Source of the DNA: a bacterium
GTDB lineage: Bacteria; Fidelibacterota; Marinisomatia; Marinisomatales; UBA1611
DNA length: 28,865 nucleotides
NCBI GenBank assembly: GCA_038127595.1
Contig: JAYPIC010000003.1
Location: 27,064 to 55,928, forward strand
Direction of reading: 5' to 3'
Shown: piece by piece, positions 24,718 through 28,865 of the stretch
Layout: each line of letters opens with the position of its first letter
Numbering within the stretch: position 1 is the first letter of the stretch
Program-made: the position numbers and the translations under genes
Notes under the pieces: model-generated
What the model was told of the DNA's origin: nothing
What the model saw: only the letters and a program-made list of their open reading frames with translations
Database searches by the model: none

Positions 24718-27372
24718 CTATAAATCTAAGCTCAGTCCCAGTTTAAAAGATCTAGGAGCAGAGTAATAATTTGGTCTAGTTACATAATCCTCCCATGTAT
24801 GCAGACCAGCCATTCCATAATTTGCAATTAATTGTTCAGACTCCTGATTACTGCGATACTCATATGTGTATTTGGCAGTTCCAGTGTCATTAAAAACATA
24901 ACGTTCATTTCTAATGTCGAATAGATTGTAAACTCTCACAAAAAGAGAAACTTTATAGCTTCCAACTGAGACTCTTGTTTCAAGCTTTGCATCAACATTT
25001 CTTTGTACCGGTTTCCTACCACTGTTTGGTTTTGGAACAAAATTTGCATTTGGAATTGAAGGCGTATAAGGCCATCCAGTAGCTATTTTACCAATCAATC
25101 CAAGAGTAGTTTTAGATGGATCCCCGATGATTAAAGTCGTATTTAAAAGATGAGATTGATCCCATGATAATGGAACAATTAATTTTTCTTCTTCAATGCC
25201 ACTCAATGCGCTGAAATAAAACGAACCTGAGTTAACGGAGTTTCCTTCAGATTTTTGATAGGTATAATCTACCCAAAGACTAGTTCTAGAAACGGGATCA
25301 TATCTCTTAGTAAGAGATAAAGTCAACCCTCTTGCACTTCCATAATCCTTATTTAAATAGATTGAATAGTTAGAAGGTCCATAATTAGGGCTATTATACC
25401 TAATACTTTGCAGAGCAAGAAGCTCTCTAATATCTTTATGAAATAAATTAATATCCATTCCGATCATATTACCAAACTGTTGTTGAAAACCAAATTCATA
25501 CAATACCGTCTTCTCTGGCTTTAGATCAGGATTACCTACAGTAGGGGATAAACCAGCACCAAAATAACTTTCGCGATACAAATTTCTAAGCGTTGGCATT
25601 TGATAGAAATGACCATAAGAAAAGTGGAAAATACCTTTGTCAGTTATAGGCAGAGAAACACCGATTCGTGGGGATATCATTGTTTTTGTCGTAGCCTCTT
25701 TTTCATCTGCTTCAGGGTATATAAGGTTTGCAATCGTTGAATCATTAGGTATAAAAGCGTCATATCTAAGACCAACATTCATGATCATTGAACTATACTC
25801 CATTTTGTCTTGAATGTATGCAGAATATTGAACAGCATCTTTATCATAAAAAATATGATATGGAGATTTATTTTCTAGAAGAACCGTAGGCTCATTATAA
25901 TTTTGATCATAAAGCACCTGAAGATTTCGCTCCACTAAATTATCATTTCTAAAACTGAATCCAGTTTTAATCTCATGATTTTCACTTATTTGAGTTGTAA
26001 AATCAAATTTCCCACCAATTGATTTAGAATTTCTGTATGTATGTCCCATTTGAGTGCCACCAAACAAAAATGTGGCTGAGGTGGGTTCAGTATTTATGTA
26101 ATCTGTATTGACATACCTTTCATCTAAGGTGTCAGCGTACAAATAATTTTTATAATCAGTATCACTAATAAAAATATTTCCCTCATAAAAGCTTTTCGGT
26201 GAAAGAGAATGATTGATCTGAAGCGAGTGATTATTATTTTCTGTATAGCCTGTAGCTATGCCGTCAGGATTATACTTGTAAACATGTGAATAGCTCTTAC
26301 TCTGAGATTTAGACATTATTGATTGAGTTGAAATTTTAATTCTAGGAGATACTCTCCATGTAAATTTTGATAAAAAATTATTGCTTTCACTAGGGTTCAT
26401 AGGAACATAGCTACTGTCACCTGACATTTGTATATACCAATCACCACTTGGAGGAAAATATGCAAAATCGCTCGGCCTATGTTCCCTAACACCATAAAGA
26501 TAACCATCACTTTTATTATTTCTTACTGATACATTAAAAGTAAGCTTATCACCTAAACTTGGAATAACTGGCCCAGATACAAACGCATCCAAAGTGCGAT
26601 TTGCTGTTATTGATTGATTAGAAATATTTGGAAAGATTTCATCCGCATTTGAATTATAATCTCCAGCATAGTAAGAAATACTGCCCTCGTAATTTTTACC
26701 TCCATCTCTTACCTTTACATTAACAACACCACTCATAGCATTTCCATACTCAGCATTAAATGCACCACTAACAAGCTTCATTTCCTCTAATGCTTTATTA
26801 CTTAAGCCTACTGCGAGAGAATTTGTGAAAAAGGGGTTTGATACAGAAACGCCGCCAATATAATATCCGACCTCATTACTCCTTCCGCCTCGAACATGAA
26901 GAGCACCGCCAGCACTTTGGTTCACTCCAGCATGAGTTGATAAAACTCCAAGAAAGGATTCAACAGGCATATCTTGAATCTCTTTTGCTGTAGTTACTCT
27001 TTGAGATGCTGTTAGGTCTTTTTGAACCAAAGGTCTTTCAGCGAGCACTGTAACCTCTTGCCCTTCAACAACAGATTCCTCAAGACTTATATTCAACTCA
27101 GTGGTTTGATCGGTTGTAATTCTTACATCCTTAACTATTACAGGAGCAAATCCTATAGCATCAGCACGAACAGAATAACTACCAGGAGGTATATTTAAAA
27201 TAACAAATTTACCTCTTTCATCAGAGGCAACACCTAGATATGAATCAACAATAATAATGTTGACACCAACTGCAGGAGCATTATCTGATTTTTGAACAAC
27301 AGTACCTACTAACTTACCATTCGAGCTATAAGCTAGTGCTACAAAAAGTAAAGACGCTATTATTTTTTTCAT
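24718..27372 (-). CDS. TonB-dependent receptor with N-terminal carboxypeptidase-regulatory-like domain
   Basis: GKLVGTV...GKFVILNIPPGSY; plug HVRGGRSNEV and GAFNAEYGNAMSGVVN; SPRIGVS, GNPDLKPEKT, NLFD, C-terminal PRSFKLGLSLDL. Confidence 0.93.
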   Translation of the reverse strand: MKKIIASLLFVALAYSSNGKLVGTVVQKSDNAPAVGVNIIIVDSYLGVASDERGKFVILNIPPGSYSVRADAIGFAPVIVKDVRITTDQTTELNISLEESVVEGQEVTVLAERPLVQKDLTASQRVTTAKEIQDMPVESFLGVLSTHAGVNQSAGGALHVRGGRSNEVGYYIGGVSVSNPFFTNSLAVGLSNKALEEMKLVSGAFNAEYGNAMSGVVNVKVRDGGKNYEGSISYYAGDYNSNADEIFPNISNQSITANRTLDAFVSGPVIPSLGDKLTFNVSVRNNKSDGYLYGVREHRPSDFAYFPPSGDWYIQMSGDSSYVPMNPSESNNFLSKFTWRVSPRIKISTQSIMSKSQSKSYSHVYKYNPDGIATGYTENNNHSLQINHSLSPKSFYEGNIFISDTDYKNYLYADTLDERYVNTDYINTEPTSATFLFGGTQMGHTYRNSKSIGGKFDFTTQISENHEIKTGFSFRNDNLVERNLQVLYDQNYNEPTVLLENKSPYHIFYDKDAVQYSAYIQDKMEYSSMIMNVGLRYDAFIPNDSTIANLIYPEADEKEATTKTMISPRIGVSLPITDKGIFHFSYGHFYQMPTLRNLYRESYFGAGLSPTVGNPDLKPEKTVLYEFGFQQQFGNMIGMDINLFHKDIRELLALQSIRYNSPNYGPSNYSIYLNKDYGSARGLTLSLTKRYDPVSRTSLWVDYTYQKSEGNSVNSGSFYFSALSGIEEEKLIVPLSWDQSHLLNTTLIIGDPSKTTLGLIGKIATGWPYTPSIPNANFVPKPNSGRKPVQRNVDAKLETRVSVGSYKVSLFVRVYNLFDIRNERYVFNDTGTAKYTYEYRSNQESEQLIANYGMAGLHTWEDYVTRPNYYSAPRSFKLGLSLDL

Positions 27373-27387
27373 TGCCGGGGTGTAAGA

Positions 27388-27416
27388 TATAAGGGAGGGC
27401 AGTGCCCTCCCTTATA
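27388..27416 (-). terminator. Strong intergenic stem-loop (terminator, attenuator or mRNA-stabilising hairpin)
   Basis: TATAAGGGAGGGC-AGT-GCCCTCCCTTATA perfect inverted repeat between the FG-GAP gene stop (27441) and the TBDR start (27372); no poly-U tract. Confidence 0.65.
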
Positions 27417-27440
27417 CAACTTGATTAAATGGTTAGCTTA

Positions 27441-28865
27441 TTACTTAAGCAAGGTCATGCTTTTGACCTTTTTCATGCCTGCCCACTCAAGGCTGTAGAA
27501 ATACATTCCTGTAGAAACAGACAATCCATTTTTATTTTTACCGTTCCACATAACTTTGTGTGTACCAGCAGAGACCAATTCGTTATTGATCAGTGTATTT
27601 ACCAACTGACCATTAACATTGTAAATCTTTACAGATACTTTACGATCGATTGGTACTGTGTACTGTATCGTCGTATTTGGGTTAAATGGATTAGGATAGT
27701 TTTGCTCAAGACGATATTCTTCTGGAGCAATAAACGTAATTGGGTCATCAGCAGCTAATTGCTCTGAACCATTTTCAATAAGAACGAAACTCCATGCTTT
27801 TTCATTTTCCACTTTTGTTAACGTAGTATCATACTTTGAATCAGTAGCATTCCATGTGTAAGCCGTATGAGTAAGTGAATCTCTTACGTTTTGAAAAGAT
27901 AAAAGAATTTCCTTCTTGTTATCTCCATCAAAATCTAAAAGATCACCTTCCCAATGAGTCAATATTCTTGATGGGAATCCCCACTTAAATGCATGACTAA
28001 CAGATACATCACCATTCTCATCTGTGGTTGTTGTAGTCTCAGTTACATCGAGCTCTCCCCAATAAATAACTTTTTCAAGATAGCTAGATCCGGAAGATGG
28101 ATCAGGACCGATGTATTCTAAAGCAGTAACATTTGGCCTACTTCTACTTGAAAAGATATATGGGTTATCATGACCATCATAGCCATTTCCAATATCTCCA
28201 GAGAAAGTACCTGCGTTACCAATTCTATGAACCTGGTCAGGACCGATGGTTGTTACGTCTTCACCATTATCATAATCTACGACATAAATATCACCAGCAT
28301 TAACACCCCATGATCCACCATAGTCAGCATAGTATACCTCATGGTTTCCATCTCCATCAACATCAGAAGCAAAACCTCCAAATAATGAAAATTCATCGCT
28401 AGGATATGTCGGCTGATAGTAGCTACCCGCAGAACCTGAATCAGCAATTACATACGTATCAGGTCCAGTAGAACTAAAGTTATAGAGGTTGAAGTAATTC
28501 CAATGATGGTTTACTACCTCATAATTACCATCTCCATTTAAATCAGCTGGTAATGCATGGTAAGGACTTCCACCACCATAGGTGTTACTGTTAGTTTGGA
28601 ATTCGGTAACCCAGGTTTCAAATCCTCCGCCAGAATTGTGAACAAGATCATCACCTTCTTGCAAAGAAACAACCAATGTCCCTCTAGGACTACCTCTCCT
28701 AATAGCAGTAATTAACTCTTGGCGACCATCACCATCTATATCAAATAGTGTGATCCTTTCGTGATCACCTCTGAATCCAGCTCCATCATCACCACAGCAA
28801 ATTGCAACTTCAACAGCACATATAGCTGAAGGTTGCTCACCATAGTTATCACTGCCCATTACTCC
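27441..28865 (-). CDS. 5'-truncated secreted FG-GAP/VCBS-repeat protein with T9SS/FlgD-like CTD
   Basis: DIDGDGRQE, DLNGDGNYE, DVDGDGNHE, DFDGDNKKE repeats; CTD LEQNYPNPFNPNTTI...GMYFY...SMTLLK. Frame stays open to the window edge (GGA GTA ATG) and no signal peptide is visible. Confidence 0.8.
   Translation of the reverse strand, partial: GVMGSDNYGEQPSAICAVEVAICCGDDGAGFRGDHERITLFDIDGDGRQELITAIRRGSPRGTLVVSLQEGDDLVHNSGGGFETWVTEFQTNSNTYGGGSPYHALPADLNGDGNYEVVNHHWNYFNLYNFSSTGPDTYVIADSGSAGSYYQPTYPSDEFSLFGGFASDVDGDGNHEVYYADYGGSWGVNAGDIYVVDYDNGEDVTTIGPDQVHRIGNAGTFSGDIGNGYDGHDNPYIFSSRSRPNVTALEYIGPDPSSGSSYLEKVIYWGELDVTETTTTTDENGDVSVSHAFKWGFPSRILTHWEGDLLDFDGDNKKEILLSFQNVRDSLTHTAYTWNATDSKYDTTLTKVENEKAWSFVLIENGSEQLAADDPITFIAPEEYRLEQNYPNPFNPNTTIQYTVPIDRKVSVKIYNVNGQLVNTLINNELVSAGTHKVMWNGKNKNGLSVSTGMYFYSLEWAGMKKVKSMTLLK

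Noticed and set aside
20699..27758. Short ORFs 20699..20947, 20925..21113, 20944..21144, 21921..22136, 23452..23658, 27429..27758
   Set aside because: Shadow or alternative-frame ORFs; the Ser/Pro-rich 23452..23658 mirrors the Asp/Gly-rich sense strand.

Overview
AT-rich, gene-dense bacterial chromosomal segment. Gene content (TonB receptor, PorV-like barrel, many YPNP...K C-terminal domains, YceI/DUF5777 module) points to an FCB-superphylum organism, possibly marine Marinimicrobia-like; this is inference. Left to right: (i) the 3' part of a secreted protein with repeated CBM/Ig-like modules whose gene runs off the window and whose first 55 nt recur exactly 1494 nt downstream; (ii) PpiC-type PPIase lipoprotein, TIGR02206/YwaF membrane protein and yjbQ; (iii) a cytochrome c lipoprotein-YceI-DUF5777 module bracketed by two paralogous OB-fold genes; (iv) a lexA-imuB-dnaE2 mutagenesis cassette without imuA, preceded by an uncalled 46-codon ORF, a sigma70-like promoter and an 11-bp tandem repeat that is a candidate LexA operator; (v) an uncalled SelW/Rdx selenoprotein (CxxU, in-frame TGA, SECIS-like hairpin) behind a PAP2 phosphatase; (vi) lysA-GH18-NamZ(DUF1343)-RcnA-like genes converging on a minus-strand run of FG-GAP protein, TonB-dependent receptor, 1119-aa CTD protein, PorV-like barrel and PGRP-type amidase. 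Block (vi) looks like a SusD-less peptidoglycan/amino-sugar scavenging locus. No rRNA, tRNA, CRISPR or mobile element was recognised.
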